This document shows positions 39,294-52,579 of a stretch of DNA of 64,000 bases, piece after piece. Source of the DNA: Octopus sinensis (lineage: Eukaryota); the NCBI RefSeq assembly GCF_006345805.1, contig NC_043007.1, positions 67,518,001 through 67,582,000 of the forward strand, in the 5' to 3' direction. A model generated the notes under the pieces. It was given only the letters and a program-made list of their open reading frames with translations, had not been told where the DNA came from and did no database searches. Both the position numbers and the translations under genes were made by a program. Position 1 is the stretch's first letter. The number at the start of each line of letters is the position of its first letter.

Positions 39294-39472
39294 TCACATA
39301 CGTTCGGAAAGCACACATTCATCATTCATTAAAGGCTGTAAGAGGTTATCAGAATTATTGGTGTCTTTAGCTAAGTATTTTGAAGATTGCGTTACTGAAG
39401 TTTTGGCTCGACGGATCGGGTTTCTTGTTTTGCCGTCTTCATCATCGAGTACTAAAGAACTAGGACGGTTTT
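39294..39472 (-). CDS. Putative terminal coding exon of an unidentified gene ((E)NRPSSLVLDDEDGKTRNPIRRAKTSVTQSSKYLAKDTNNSDNLLQPLMNDECVLSERM*)
   Basis: Acceptor ttttaatgtttctttacag|; 58 open codons then TGA; CpG-retaining coding-like composition; about 1 kb of repeat-poor UTR-like sequence downstream. Confidence 0.6.
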
Positions 39473-40008
39473 CTGTAAAGAAACATTAAAAACAAATGAA
39501 TAAATAAGATACAAGGTATATAGAAGAATGAATGTATACTGCAGATATGAAAAGATATAACATGAATATGTAGAAAACATGATTCTTTGAAGAAAGGTAC
39601 ATGACCAGAATTCTAGAGAATGGGAAATCAAAAGGTGAAGTCATGATTTTGGCTCAGAAAAAAGTTACAACTTTGGTTAGGAAAAAAGCCACATGCAGGC
39701 ATGGCTGTGTGGTAAGAAATATGCTTTCCAACCACATGGTTCTGGATTCAATCCCACAGTGTAGCACCTTGGGAAAGTGTCTTCTATTATAGCTTTAGGC
39801 CAACCAATGCTTTGTGAGTAGATTTGGAAGATAAGTTAAAAGAAACCAGTCATGTGTTTTCATTCAAGATGGAGAACCTACATGGTAGGTTTTGATAATT
39901 GCTGAGATATCAATCAGCATGAAATTAATGGTAGCCTTGTTAATCCATAAATATGAAAAAAAGTATACATAGACACACACACATATATATGTGTGTGTGT
40001 GTGTGTAT

Positions 40009-40047
<39 letters not shown>

Positions 40048-42626
40048 TGTGTCTGACTCATGTAGGCATGGAAAAGTGGACATTAAGATGATGATGAGTA
40101 ACTGAAAATATGTTTGTACATGATATTATTTACATAATGCCATTACAGACTTATGCAAAAAAAAAATCATTTTTAATGTAATTTTTACCATGATTTTAAT
40201 GTGCACTTTTCCATGTTTGCATGAGTTAGATGGAAATCACTGGGGAAAATTTTCTACAGCTGGATGCTCCTCCTGTTGTTAACTCTCAATTGTTTCTTAA
40301 GTAAGGTAATATTTTTTCATGGCCAAAGATATTTTCATGGAAGACTGGACATGAGAGACACTGCTGGTATGATTGTGACACTCATGTACAACTGTCACAT
40401 GATGTTAAGAGGAGACACAAATATGCTTACCCCCACACACACAAACACAGACATACACACTCACACACACACACATAATTTACTTCTTTCAGTTTTTGTC
40501 TACCAAATTTACTCACAAGGTTTTGGTTGACCTGAGGTCATAGTAGAAGACACTTGCCCAAGGTAACACACAGTGGGATTGAACCTGAAACCACATGCCT
40601 GGGAAAAAATCGTCTTAAACACATAGTCATGCCAAACAATAGAACCAAAATGAAAGTGGTTCTAATCCCACAGGTGACTTCTTGCCTTTTTTTTTTATCC
40701 CATCCAAAGAGGTTTTGACTCTCAATTATAGTTAAGATTTATGACTGGATTGGCATTCAAGATTCATTGTTTACAGAATATTTACTTTATTTAAGTAGTT
40801 TCTATGTTACTTTTTTCTGTGACATTTTTTAGTGAATTTTTTTTCAGTAAATTCAATTAGATGGAGTCTAATATTTCAAATAAGTACAAGTTTGTTAACC
40901 ATTTTGATACCAACCTACTTGAGACTGCCACCAGCTCTATGAGACAAGAGTTATACTTAAAGTGATCTAAATTAAAGCCTTCCATCAAAACTTCGTATTA
41001 ATTTATGTTCCAAAAACCAGTTTAATAAAGACAGTTATTTTATTAAATTCTTCGTATTTTCCAAAATTATTTGAAGCAAAAGCAGTACATTTCAATAAAA
41101 AATTTGGTAATAAAAGGATTAATTTGATACCTCATTCCCTTTCTCAAGGATTATTTGTGGCAGTGCATCTTCCTTAAAAACAAATATGTGTAACATATTC
41201 GCTTTTATATCTTTCATTAATGTTCACAAAAGATTTAAATAATAATAACAATGATGATAATAATAATAATAATAATAATAATATAATAATATGTATAATT
41301 ATATCTTTGTCTGCAGTTAGTGGTATTTCACAGAACTGCTGTTACTAATTAGGTTTAGAAGATTTCATTTTAATTATGTAAGGAAATATTTTAGATTTAA
41401 GGTTTTAGATTTAAGATTAAAAAAAATTAAAATAATTTAATATTATAAGAGTTATCAAAATATGATATTTAACAACAGTTTTAATATGGCTTAATGTAAA
41501 TTTAATTGTTAAGCTCAATGATGAATTAAATAGGAAAAATGTTTGAAGAAAAATGTCAATATGGTTGCATAGGAAAGAATTTGCAAGTGTGATGAGAATG
41601 CAATAAGAACAGAGTTATAAGAATAATTAAGATAGATATGAAAAAAAAATTGAAATGTAATGGTTACAATATAATTATTGAGCAATTAATTAATTGGGTA
41701 ATAAGTGATCAAAGAATACATTTTCTTTTGTGTGTATGTGTGTGTGTATGTGTATATATATATATAAAGATATATATATATATTTATACATATATATATA
41801 TATATACATATACTCACAGATATAAAATGAAAACTATAAAACAATAAAGTTACAAAAATAAAGCATTTAAAAAAATGGAAAATAAATAAATAAACAGAAA
41901 TTAAAAAAATGCAAAGTGTGAAACAAAAGATAATTGGTTCCAACAAATAAGCTGATAGCAATATTCAGTTTAATTTATAAAAAATATAAAAATAAATAAA
42001 CAACAGTTAAGAGTTTGCTGAATCCTAAAATTAAGAAATTAAAATTAAAAAAAAAAAAAACAGAAGAGAAAAAATAGATTTAAAAAAAAAACATTAAGAA
42101 ACACAAAAAATTCAAATAAATAAATGAAAAAATTCCAGTACTATGGTAAATGTATTCTTCATCCTCTGTAATTCCATTTTGGTAAAGATTCCACTATGGG
42201 GAGTTTTAAAAATTAATGGAGAGAAAGGAAGGAAAATGAAGTTTCTTTGGCGGATGCAGGTATGGCTGCTTGGTTAAGAAGCTCACTTTGCAACAAAGAG
42301 GTTTCGGGTTCAGTCCCACAGCATGGTGCTTTGGAGAAGTGTCTTCTGTTATAGTCTCAGTTTGACCAATGCCTGTGAGTGAATTTGGAAATCAGAAACT
42401 GTGTGGAAACCTGTTGCGTGTGTGTATATATATATATATATATAATAATAATAAATATTAGGGAATAAATCCAAATTTACAGGGAAAAAATCAGATTTAG
42501 GATTAAATCCAATTTTATAGTAAAATATTATATAATATTAATTCGAGACAAAACCACTATTTTGCAAAACAAACAAGGAAAGACTTAATCAATACATAAA
42601 AATTTTTAATATAAAGAAATAAACCG

Positions 42627-42669
42627 CCACTACAATCGTTTCATGTCTTCAATGACATTCGTCAGGTGG
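42627..42669 (-). ncRNA. Minimal type I hammerhead ribozyme (mirror copy)
   Basis: Exact reverse complement of 42738-42780. Confidence 0.8.
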
Positions 42670-42737
42670 ATTTTTGATCTCCTAATCTGTTTTAATTTAT
42701 GAAGTCATAAATTAAAACAGATTAGGAGATCGAAAAT

Positions 42738-42780
42738 CCACCTGACGAATGTCATTGAAGACATGAAACGATTGTAGTGG
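42738..42780 (+). ncRNA. Minimal type I hammerhead ribozyme
   Basis: CCAC-CUGACGA-AUGUC(AUUGAA)GACAU-GAAAC-GAUU-GUA^-GUGG. All core nucleotides and helices I and II are intact. Confidence 0.82.
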
Positions 42781-42865
42781 CGGTTTATTTCTTTATATTA
42801 AAAATTTTTATATATATATATATATATCCAACATTATTGATTCTACAGATTTTCTGCTTTATACA

Positions 42866-42951
<86 letters not shown>

Positions 42952-44879
42952 GGATTTCTGTTTACCAAATTCCACTCACAGAGTATTGGGTAATCTGAGA
43001 TTATGGCAAAAGACACTTGTTCAAGCTTCTATGCAGTGAGATTGAACCTGGAATCATGTAGTTGCAAAGCAAGCTACTTAACCATACATACATCTATATA
43101 TCAATGAGATTTGACTACTATTTCTATCAGAGAGAAGTGATCCTGTTTAGACCTCGTTGTTAGTTTATATTCTTTATGTAATATTTCTAAATGTATGCTG
43201 CTATTATTGGTATTGTTTGGAGTAGATTTCAATTCATAGTGTCCTTAAAGCATAGACATGTAGTTGTTTAGCCACAGGCTAGTCCTCATTCTATAAACTT
43301 ATGAATAAAAGCATTTCAGCCATGATCATCTTGTTTGTTATTTTAGACATAGTGTCTCTCAGATTACATTATGCAATGTGTCTTTTATCTTTATGAAGGA
43401 AGGATTTGAGAAAGATTTGGCTGTTATTTCTAGCAGTTCAAACGGCGTCCATATAGATATTTCAACTACTAATGATAAGATGAGGGAAATTTGGTTGCTA
43501 TTTCTTGGTAGATTGAGCAATGGTAGTACAGTGTATTCTTGATCAAAGATGTTGCATGGCCATGTATGATTAGAGTATATTGTTAGAATTTAACAAGGTT
43601 TGCATTCAACTGAAATGGCTTTCCAAATGCAATGGTGATGCATTCCATGCAATATGTTCATGCATGTAAATAAAGAACTCTTTGGCGGATGTTAGTTGTT
43701 AAGTAATTTCAATTTACTGATGATGATTGTAAAGGCAAGGGCTCTTTATTAATTTTTGTAGATCATGTATGGATTGACTTGAAGAAGAGAGAAGGTGTTA
43801 CACCATTTGTTATAACTTAGTTCTAATATGAGAATCATTTACACATAAAAATATTAATGAAAATCAAGCAATTTCTAGAGTCACTCAGATAGCACTAACA
43901 AAAAGGAATATTTGGTTTAATCCACCTTTCAATTTACTAGTTACTATATGTATTGTTAAAAGGCTAAAGTTTTAAAAAAATTTTTTTTACATTTTTGTCC
44001 TAACCATAAAAGCCATAAACTATTTAACTTCAATGTCTATTGAAATACATCTTGTAAACTTTTCACATGGAAAAAGCAAAATTGCCAACATAGTTGTTTT
44101 TTCCCTGCAGTGTTGGCTCATTTTCTGATTAAGTCCTCTCATCAGAGAATGCTTCATTCAGTATTTTCAAGATTAAGTTTTCTATGCCTGCTTAGATAAA
44201 GAAGTCAGTCGTACAGCGTAATGCCATTCATTACATTTCTTCATCTTCCTTCCCCATTTGACTCAAACTTTCTAAGATTTGACTATAGCAGATCTTCCTT
44301 AGTTTATCTCTGCCAAGGGTACTTTCTGATGTCAGCACATTTCCCCTTTTTAACCAGTACTTATTAGCTATTTGCTTCATGTCCTTGTGAACCCCTCATA
44401 TGTCACCTATGAAAAACAACAATATAGATCCAATGGACAATACTTGACTTGACATTCTGCAAGTGTACTTTAGTGATTATTGTTGTTTAACCCAGGACCT
44501 GCACTGACTGAGATAAAGGCATTCTAGCTGTAATCCTGCCATTATTTTAAATATCTGAGACTACATTATCTGATATTACTTCTATTTTGTAATATGTTAG
44601 GGTGTACTTTATGGGAGGGTTGGCTGCTAATTCTAACAGGTTGAACTACAGGTTCCTTTGAATACCCAAATCTAACTTCCAGGTACACTGAACTCTTTAC
44701 ATGTTTTATATAGCTTGAATTCCAGATGGCACCAACAAAGGTTATAATAACTTCCTTTTCTTATTGTACTTTTTCCACTATTTCCATCATGCTTTTAGTG
44801 GCTTTTAAATTGGTGAATACTAGATACCTGTATCCAATATTTGAGAATTTTTTTTACCTGCTTCTTACAATTAATGAAG

Positions 44880-45290
44880 AGACAAAATAGAGTTGGCATC
44901 CATATAATTCTATTTCCTTCACCATGATATTGGATAAATTAAGGAGTTCAAAGTAATCTTCATCTAATTAAACACAATCATTTGTCCATCCCATTTTCAA
45001 TCCTCACAAGTCATAGTCCCACTCCACCCATTAGAAATACAGCCCTAGATAGCAGAAACTAATAATTACCTAATTAACCAGCTATCTTAACAGTTCATAA
45101 ATTTTATTTCTTGGGTGCTCCTCCTCCTACTAATTACTGATGTACCTCTATCACATCTGGATTCCTGGTTTTCTCTGTCAGACTGATAATGGTTCCACTG
45201 CTTCTTTATGCAACTAGTGCTTGCTCCTGTGTTTACAATATCATGTTCTGACCTACTCCCTTTCTTCATATCAAGCAAGATCAATTTCTA
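44880..45290 (-). mobile_element. Heavily decayed RTE-like LINE fragment
   Basis: Minus-strand FCYLG...ISNGWSG-like remnant typical of the end of RTE RT. Confidence 0.4.
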
Positions 45291-46634
45291 AATGTCACTA
45301 GCATATCATGTTCCCTTTAACTAACTAGCACTTAGAACTAAAGAACTTTAAATATAGCACCATACTGCATATGAATTAAGGTTTTGAAACAACTTAGGGA
45401 GCTGCAATTTGTCAGGCAGATAATGGTGTGACTTTGACAAGGAACAAGTGATGAAAATAATGTAAGACATCACACAACATGTGAATGAATTAACTCTATA
45501 CCTGAAAACATATTTAGTCTTGCTGAAAAAGAAATTTGAAGTTAATTTGAGATATAATACAACCATGAACCAAGAAATTGATACTATATCGCGATATTTT
45601 GTTTTGAGAGATTTATTTACTAAATTTCTTTGCTTTTCACTCCCATAGAAGAATGAGGTCACAAACTGAGTTACAAGCATATATATGATATTACTGATAA
45701 AAAAAATGGATAAGTTTGGTATTGTTTGAGAAAGCTGCCAATAAACAGTGAGGTTGGGAGATTGAAGAGTTAGTGGAAAAGATGCTTATATGGTAAGGGA
45801 ATGGATGAAATGTCACAGGGTGATAATGGAAGAGATGTGATATGTGATGGATGATGGGATACATTATAGGCTGTGAGGTACTGGATTATATAGGCTGGTC
45901 ACATAGTACTAGGTTGGATGTTTAGGCCATCTGAGGTTAGTAATATCATGTTCGTGTGGAGATCATGAATGTAATCATATGATTATAGTCATGTGACAGG
46001 TGTTGTATTGTGGAGGATCATGTGATAACTTATTTTATAGCAGGTAATGTGGTTGGTGGTAATCAAATGATGCCAATCTTGCAATAGCGGTCATATAGAA
46101 AGGAAACAGAGAAGTGATCCAAGGAAGGTCCAAAATGGCAACCTGGTAAAAATGCACGAATTGGACAGAAAAGGATTTAACAAAGAAGGAAAATGAGAAG
46201 TTTGCAGACCTAGACAACCCACAGAACTAATAGGAGTAAAAAAAAAAAAATAATAGCAATAACAATGTTGCAGGCTGTTGATGCTGCTGATGATAATAAT
46301 TATTTCTTACAAAGATACAAGGCCAAAAATTTGAAAGGAAAGAATAGCAAATCAGACTGACCCTAGTATTTCATTAATTTTAGTGATTATGGAAGGATGA
46401 AATGCAAAGTTAGCTTCAGTGGGATTTGAAAAAATATTGCATGGCATTTTGTTTGATGTGTTTGGGATTCTGGAGCTTGCCTGAAGTTCGTTTTTCAACT
46501 ACATAGTTTCAGGTTCAGTTTTGCTGCATGGCACCATGGGCAAGTGTCTTCTACTATAGCTCCAAGTTCATTGAAATCTTATGAGTGAATTTGGTGAACA
46601 GAAACTGAAAGAAGCCTTTCAGTTTCTGTTCACC

Positions 46635-46870
46635 TAAGGCGGCGAGCTGGCAGAAACGTTAGCACGCCAGGCGAAATGCTTAGCGGTATTTCATCTACCA
46701 TTGCATTCCGAGTTCAAATTCTGCCGAGGTTGACTTTGCCTTTCATCCTTTTGGGGTTGATAAATTAAGTACCAGTTACACACTGGGGTCAATGTAATCA
46801 ACTTAATCCATTTGTCTGTCCTTGCATGTCCCCTTTATGTTTAGTCCCCTGTGGGCAATAAGGAAATAAG
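46635..46870 (+). mobile_element. SINE nested in an older SINE, with ~20-bp TSD
   Basis: AGAAACTGAAAGAAGCCTTT at 46600-46619 and 46869-46888. Confidence 0.8.
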
Positions 46871-47611
46871 AAACTGAAAGAAGCCTTTTTTGTGTGTGCT
46901 TGAGGATGAGTCTGTTTGTTTACATTTGTGCACTATGAAAGTTACTCTCTATGGGTGTTGCTATCACTTCTTCCACCAACAAATCATCTGCACACTAAAC
47001 ATTAGCAAAAACATGTGAAATCCCTTACTTGAAAAGCAGGGTATGGGTTACTAGTGTCAGAATGGGCATCTGGCTGTAAAACAATGTCCAAATAATATAG
47101 TTATCTAACCCATGCCAACAGGGAAAAATAAACAAAATAAACAAATGAATATGACAGCATAGACTGGAACAAGACCACAAATGTTGCAAAAGAGGGGCAC
47201 AATCAATTTAATTAGTACCAGTTCATGTCTAGTTCTTGCCCATATTGATACAGAGAAGCATGTAAGTCAGCAACTGGTGATGAAATTTGAATCCGGAGCA
47301 ATGGAATTAAATGATATAAACTTGGTGAATATACTTTATTTTTCTTTCTTTGTGTCACTGCTACTTTTTAATGATGACACACAAAACAGATGATAATGTA
47401 GATAATAATAATGATGATGGCAATGATATTGATAATGATGATGACATTGATGATGGTAGCAGTGGTGGTGATGGTGATATTGATGACAATGCTATTAATG
47501 ATAATGATATTGGTGATGATAATATAGGTGGCAAGAATGATGGGGGATTACAATGATTACGATGATGAGCAGAGAAAGTGGATTAATGAACTGGAACCAC
47601 AGAAAACTTAC

Positions 47612-47678
47612 CAAGAAAGCTTTGAAATATTCTATGGTTGAAAGGAGAAGATTTTCCTGTTAATTTACAGCCTTGAAC
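47612..47678 (-). CDS. Candidate penultimate exon (VQGCKLTGKSSPFNHRIFQSFL + G) of the same unidentified gene
   Basis: ctgctttcag| acceptor and TTG|gtaagt donor; 67 nt; phase joins the terminal exon (G+AA = Glu). Confidence 0.45.
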
Positions 47679-47903
47679 CTGAAAGCAGTTGGATCACAGC
47701 ATTGTGATTCTTGGAAACAGAATTTTGGTGCCAGCATTTTTTTTTTGCTCACAAGACAACAGGTGAAAGGTGTTATTGAAAAAAGTGCATGAGCTAAAAG
47801 AAGCTGAGTGAGAAGGAGAGAGGTGGTGGTGATGGTGAGAGGTTGAAAAAGAAGGGAGGAAGGGAGGGAAACCTTGACCAACCACAAAATAAAACTGTAG
47901 CAA

Positions 47904-47942
<39 letters not shown>

Positions 47943-49745
47943 AAAAAAGAAAAATGCTTTTTAAAAATGCTGTAACAACAAAAGGCAACAGCAGCAACAA
48001 TGATGCTGACAACTGTGGCAACAACCACAACAAAAATCACAAAACTGGTAAAGCAAACATTCTCTGAAATAACAAATTCTGAAGTAGGTTTGAAGCTTGT
48101 CAAACTATGACCACCCCCACCTAAAAAAATCTCAAAGATGTAGTAACATTCATGCCTTTTCTATCATGCATTAGTAAATTAAATGCTTCAGTTCCAAATG
48201 GTAACTGGAACCAGATTGTAGAATCAGTTTCTCTGACAATTTACAGCTATATTCCTCTGATTACCGTTTTTATTATTAGCACTGTTGTACCACTGAAGAC
48301 TGAGTCTTTGGATTTTTGTGTAACATACATTACTGGCAATAATATTAGAGTTCATTTGTAGGTCCTCTTTAAATTAGGTTGTATTTTGTAGGGTATTGTA
48401 GGATAAAACAATTCTTTCCTCTTTATAAACTTTAATTTTTTGTGTGTTAGTTAGAATGGAATACAACATCCATGATCATTTAAGGGCCCCTGAAATTGGT
48501 GGGAAGGAGGAAAAGAAGAAAGTATTCTAAAATTGGAGAGCTATCCTGAATGCTTGCACTAAACAGAACTCTGCTAAAGTGACCCAAGGTGCCGGGTGAT
48601 AGTGCTAAATTAAGTAATGGATTAAGTCTATCACCCATTAAGTCTGGTAAGTCTGTCTAGCTCATAGCAGGATTTGAACTCATGACAAAAAATCTGAACA
48701 AATACTACAATGCATTTGGTCTGATATTCTTACAAATCCTACCACCTTAGATGGATACATTTTTATTGGCACCGAAAGGATGACAGGCAAAGCTAATCCT
48801 GGTGGAAATTGAACTCAGAGTGCAGTGAATCAAAATAAATACTGTAAAACATTCTATCAAATGTTCTAAAGACTTCCAATTCACTGCCTTAAGTGAAAGG
48901 TGTCAAATACCTATCTCAAATGATTGATACTTATTGATTTATTTTTGTCAATTTCTTCACCTGTTAGCTATAGAAAGGGAATAAAAGATACATTTATATA
49001 AAATGAATTATTTCCATGTGCTTTCTATCAATGTCTAATATTAGATTAAATACAGGAGGAACTATGGTAAACGCAAATTTATATCAAGCAATAAAGTGCT
49101 CCCTTGATGATCTGTTGTGGTTAAGCATCTGATTGCACAAGGAACATCCAATGCAGAGGTTCCCAACAACCACAATAGTGAAACATATGTAGGAAACAAA
49201 TGATCTAGGCTTGTGTTTAGCATAAATTCTCCTGCATTTACTTTGTATATCATAACTAGTAATACTACTAAGTATAGTAGGAACCAAACTACTATCCAGA
49301 AACTAAAAAAATAAGGATAACACAGCAGAATTTATTGGAGAACATACGCAAACAAGTAAAGTTTTATTAGAAACATCAGGACACCAAGACACATACTAAT
49401 GTATTCTTTGAACAAGCTGAGTTTAATGAGGATTATAATTATTGTTATTTTAGTAATTGTTAACGCAGAAAGGTTGTGAGGGAGGAGTGAACAAAAAAAA
49501 AAAACACACACACAAAGTTAAGCTTTAATGAAAACCTTACCAATAAACCCTTCACCATGTTTTTTTTTTAGAAAATAAAATTCTGTTATAATAATGATAA
49601 GATATTTGTATTATCTGAATATTTACCTCCCAACTAAACTTCAGTAGCTCTTTCATAGAAAGCTAATGAACTTTTATCTGCAAAAAATTAACAACCTATT
49701 TTACAAAGTGCACATGGATTTTATAATATTTATACTATACTATAA

Positions 49746-50192
49746 TCTATATATATATATAAAGCTGAAGTTGTGTGTGTGTGTATGGCAGGTTTGGTAG
49801 CCTTCAACTAACACTATCTCCTCCGAGACCCTGTGGTGCAAGTTGACCAAAATTGAGAGTATGATAGGAGAAGGCTTGCTCTTCATTCCGTAGAAGAAAA
49901 AAATTCAAATCGGACCATGTTAAGACCAAAATTTATTTACATTGAAAAGGTGCTTTTTTTCTATGAAAATCCCCATTTTTTAATGATTTTTTGACTGCTG
50001 TGTCACCATTTTGTGGTGTATTTCAACCAGAAAAATGTTCACACAAAGAGAATAACAAGCTACATAATGCAAAATTTTTACTTTTCAAACAAGATTGAAA
50101 TTATGTCAAAACTTTGTTAATGCAACATCAAAGTATGCCGTTTTAAGCACAGCTAAAAAGTAAACCCGAGCAACGCTGGGCTGTATTGCTAG
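49746..50192 (+). mobile_element. Non-autonomous Helitron
   Basis: 5' TC after an A; 3' hairpin CCCGAGCAACGCTGGG (50165-50180); terminal CTAG followed by T. Confidence 0.85.
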
Positions 50193-50290
50193 TATATATA
50201 TATAAAACATGTTATATAATATACTACATATTATATAAACTATACAAACTATACATAATATATTTATACATGTTGTATAGTTTATATATA

Positions 50291-50334
<44 letters not shown>

Positions 50335-52579
50335 TATATGAATGCATATGTTATATGTACACATATGTATCCATATATACATAGATACATCCACACACAC
50401 ACACATCTATATCTTCTTTATCCTTTGTAATCTGGAATTCTTTCTTATTATAGATTACTACTATCACATGATCTAAACCTATCTGCCTATGTATCTATCT
50501 ATCTATATATATATTGTATTGTAGAGCATAGCCCATAGGTAATGCTACCATTTAGTATATACATATCTAATGATGCCATAACTTTTAATCAATCCTGTCT
50601 ATATGTTTCATTACTTAATACATATTATGTTACATATATTGTAATAAATAATGTTTTATGTATTACACTAATAACTATATATATGATTGAAATTACTAAT
50701 AAATAAATTTTTTCTACTGTTTGAGAAATTACTAATAAATAAAGTTTTTCTACTGTTTGAGAATGTATTTATTAAGACAGAGATATCAAATTATTAAAAA
50801 TATATTTTGTTTAAATTTCAAGTGTACATGATTTCTATGTTTATATTTTGTAATACTTCACAGCCATATTCTATGTTAATATATTAATTTGTAAATTTCT
50901 GTTCTCTACGAAATCATCCTTTTTATATACACAATATTATGTTGACATTAATAAAATGTGGTCATCACTTTTGTAGAGATTCAGGGGTAAGTTAAGGGTT
51001 AGTTAGGTGTTTTTTGGAGGAAGGTGAGTATGAAAACAATAACAATAATTATAGTGACAACAATTATTACAACATCAAAAATACGTTTACATATTTTGCA
51101 TGAGACAAACCCCAACCTCTGCCCCGCAAAATTGTTTTGTTGTTATTTTAAAATTATATTGAAAATTCAAAGCAGTCAGTTAAAACAGATGACATTTTAT
51201 AAAATGAATTAATAAATTTTATACAAAGATAAAAAGAAAAAGAAAGAGTTTAATATTCAAGGCATTCATATATGTTAACATGCATTTGAGCAAAGAAAAT
51301 CAAAAAATCAAAAAAATTAAAACATATTAAATTAGTAATTCTGAAATATTGCAGATTAAATATTATTTAGATTTATAAAAACATATTTTTTAAATGGTAT
51401 GACAATTAATTAAAATGGTAAGTAATTAATAAATTTGATGAAACAATTGAATGGAATCTAGACCAAAATATTTAATTCAATACCAAATTGTTCTGGATTT
51501 GGGTTACTAAAAAGAAAATCCAAGACCGAGAGGGTTGGAAAATATTGGTGAAAAAATATTTGTGTCCACAACGGTAAGTATACTACGGGATGAACTTTAC
51601 CAGATACTCATTACTATAAATATTGCTTTTTATCCATTTGTTTTAACGACTCCTGTAACCCTTTCACTACCACTCCACATGGGACCATTCCAGGTCCTTA
51701 GACAAGACCTTTCATTTTATACTGTCTATTATTTATTGATCATCATCTTTATAATGTATGCTTTTCCATGTATGAATGAGTCAGATGCAATTTGTTGGGG
51801 CATATTTTTTAAGGCCAGCTGCTCTTCCTGCCATCAACCTGCACCTTTTTCCAATCAAGGTAATATTTCTCCTCAGCCAGAGATCTTTCACTGTAATGCA
51901 AAGACAGGGTGCCACAAACACACAGTCACTCACATGCATGCATGCACACATACACACACACACACACTGGGATTCCTTTAGCTTCCTCCAATGAAACCCA
52001 TTCACAAGGCTTAGGAATACCCCAGGATATTATAGTAGAAGTGCCACACAGTGGGACTTAATATTAAATAATATAATTTATTAAATACATAAAGTAAATA
52101 AATAAAAATAAGAAAATCATTAATTCATAGTGTTTTGCATTTCAAATATTGAGGAAATAAATATTCAATAAAAACAAAGCGATTTCTAACTTTGGCATGT
52201 TGCTGTCCCAAAATGTTCAAGGTGTGTGTGAGTGTGAGAAAATTATTTGGCTTTACTATATGACTAGAGGGGCCAAAGATAACAAATTTAAGATAAATCT
52301 CAGCAGTGTTTGAACTTAGAAATATACTAAATAGACGAAACTAAATCCTGCAAGACTGAGCTTACATGGCCTGAAGAAAATTCTAACAGGGCCCCCAACA
52401 GCATGTTGTGCACATATGGTTGTGATGCATGTGCATGGTGTACCCTTATCAGATGGGTAGCCATGATGGGTATATTGGAATTTGTATATTTGTAGCCCTG
52501 TGTCACTTTGACGGCATGTGCTGCTCTCTCACGCAATAGTAGTAGTAGTAGTGGTAGTAATAATAATAATAATAATAAT

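Larger units (their letters stand above)
42596..42811. repeat. 216-bp palindrome (107-bp arms, 2-nt loop, one T/G mismatch), PLE-derived
   Basis: Arms 42596-42702 and 42705-42811, checked base by base; flanked by (TA)n. Confidence 0.95.

Noticed and set aside
45087-45284. 65-aa minus-strand ORF as an exon of the unidentified gene
   Set aside because: It is better explained as part of a decayed RTE-like LINE and has no good donor.
47660-48103. 147-aa hydrophobic / poly-Cys ORF
   Set aside because: It is a translation of (CAA)n and purine-rich low-complexity sequence.
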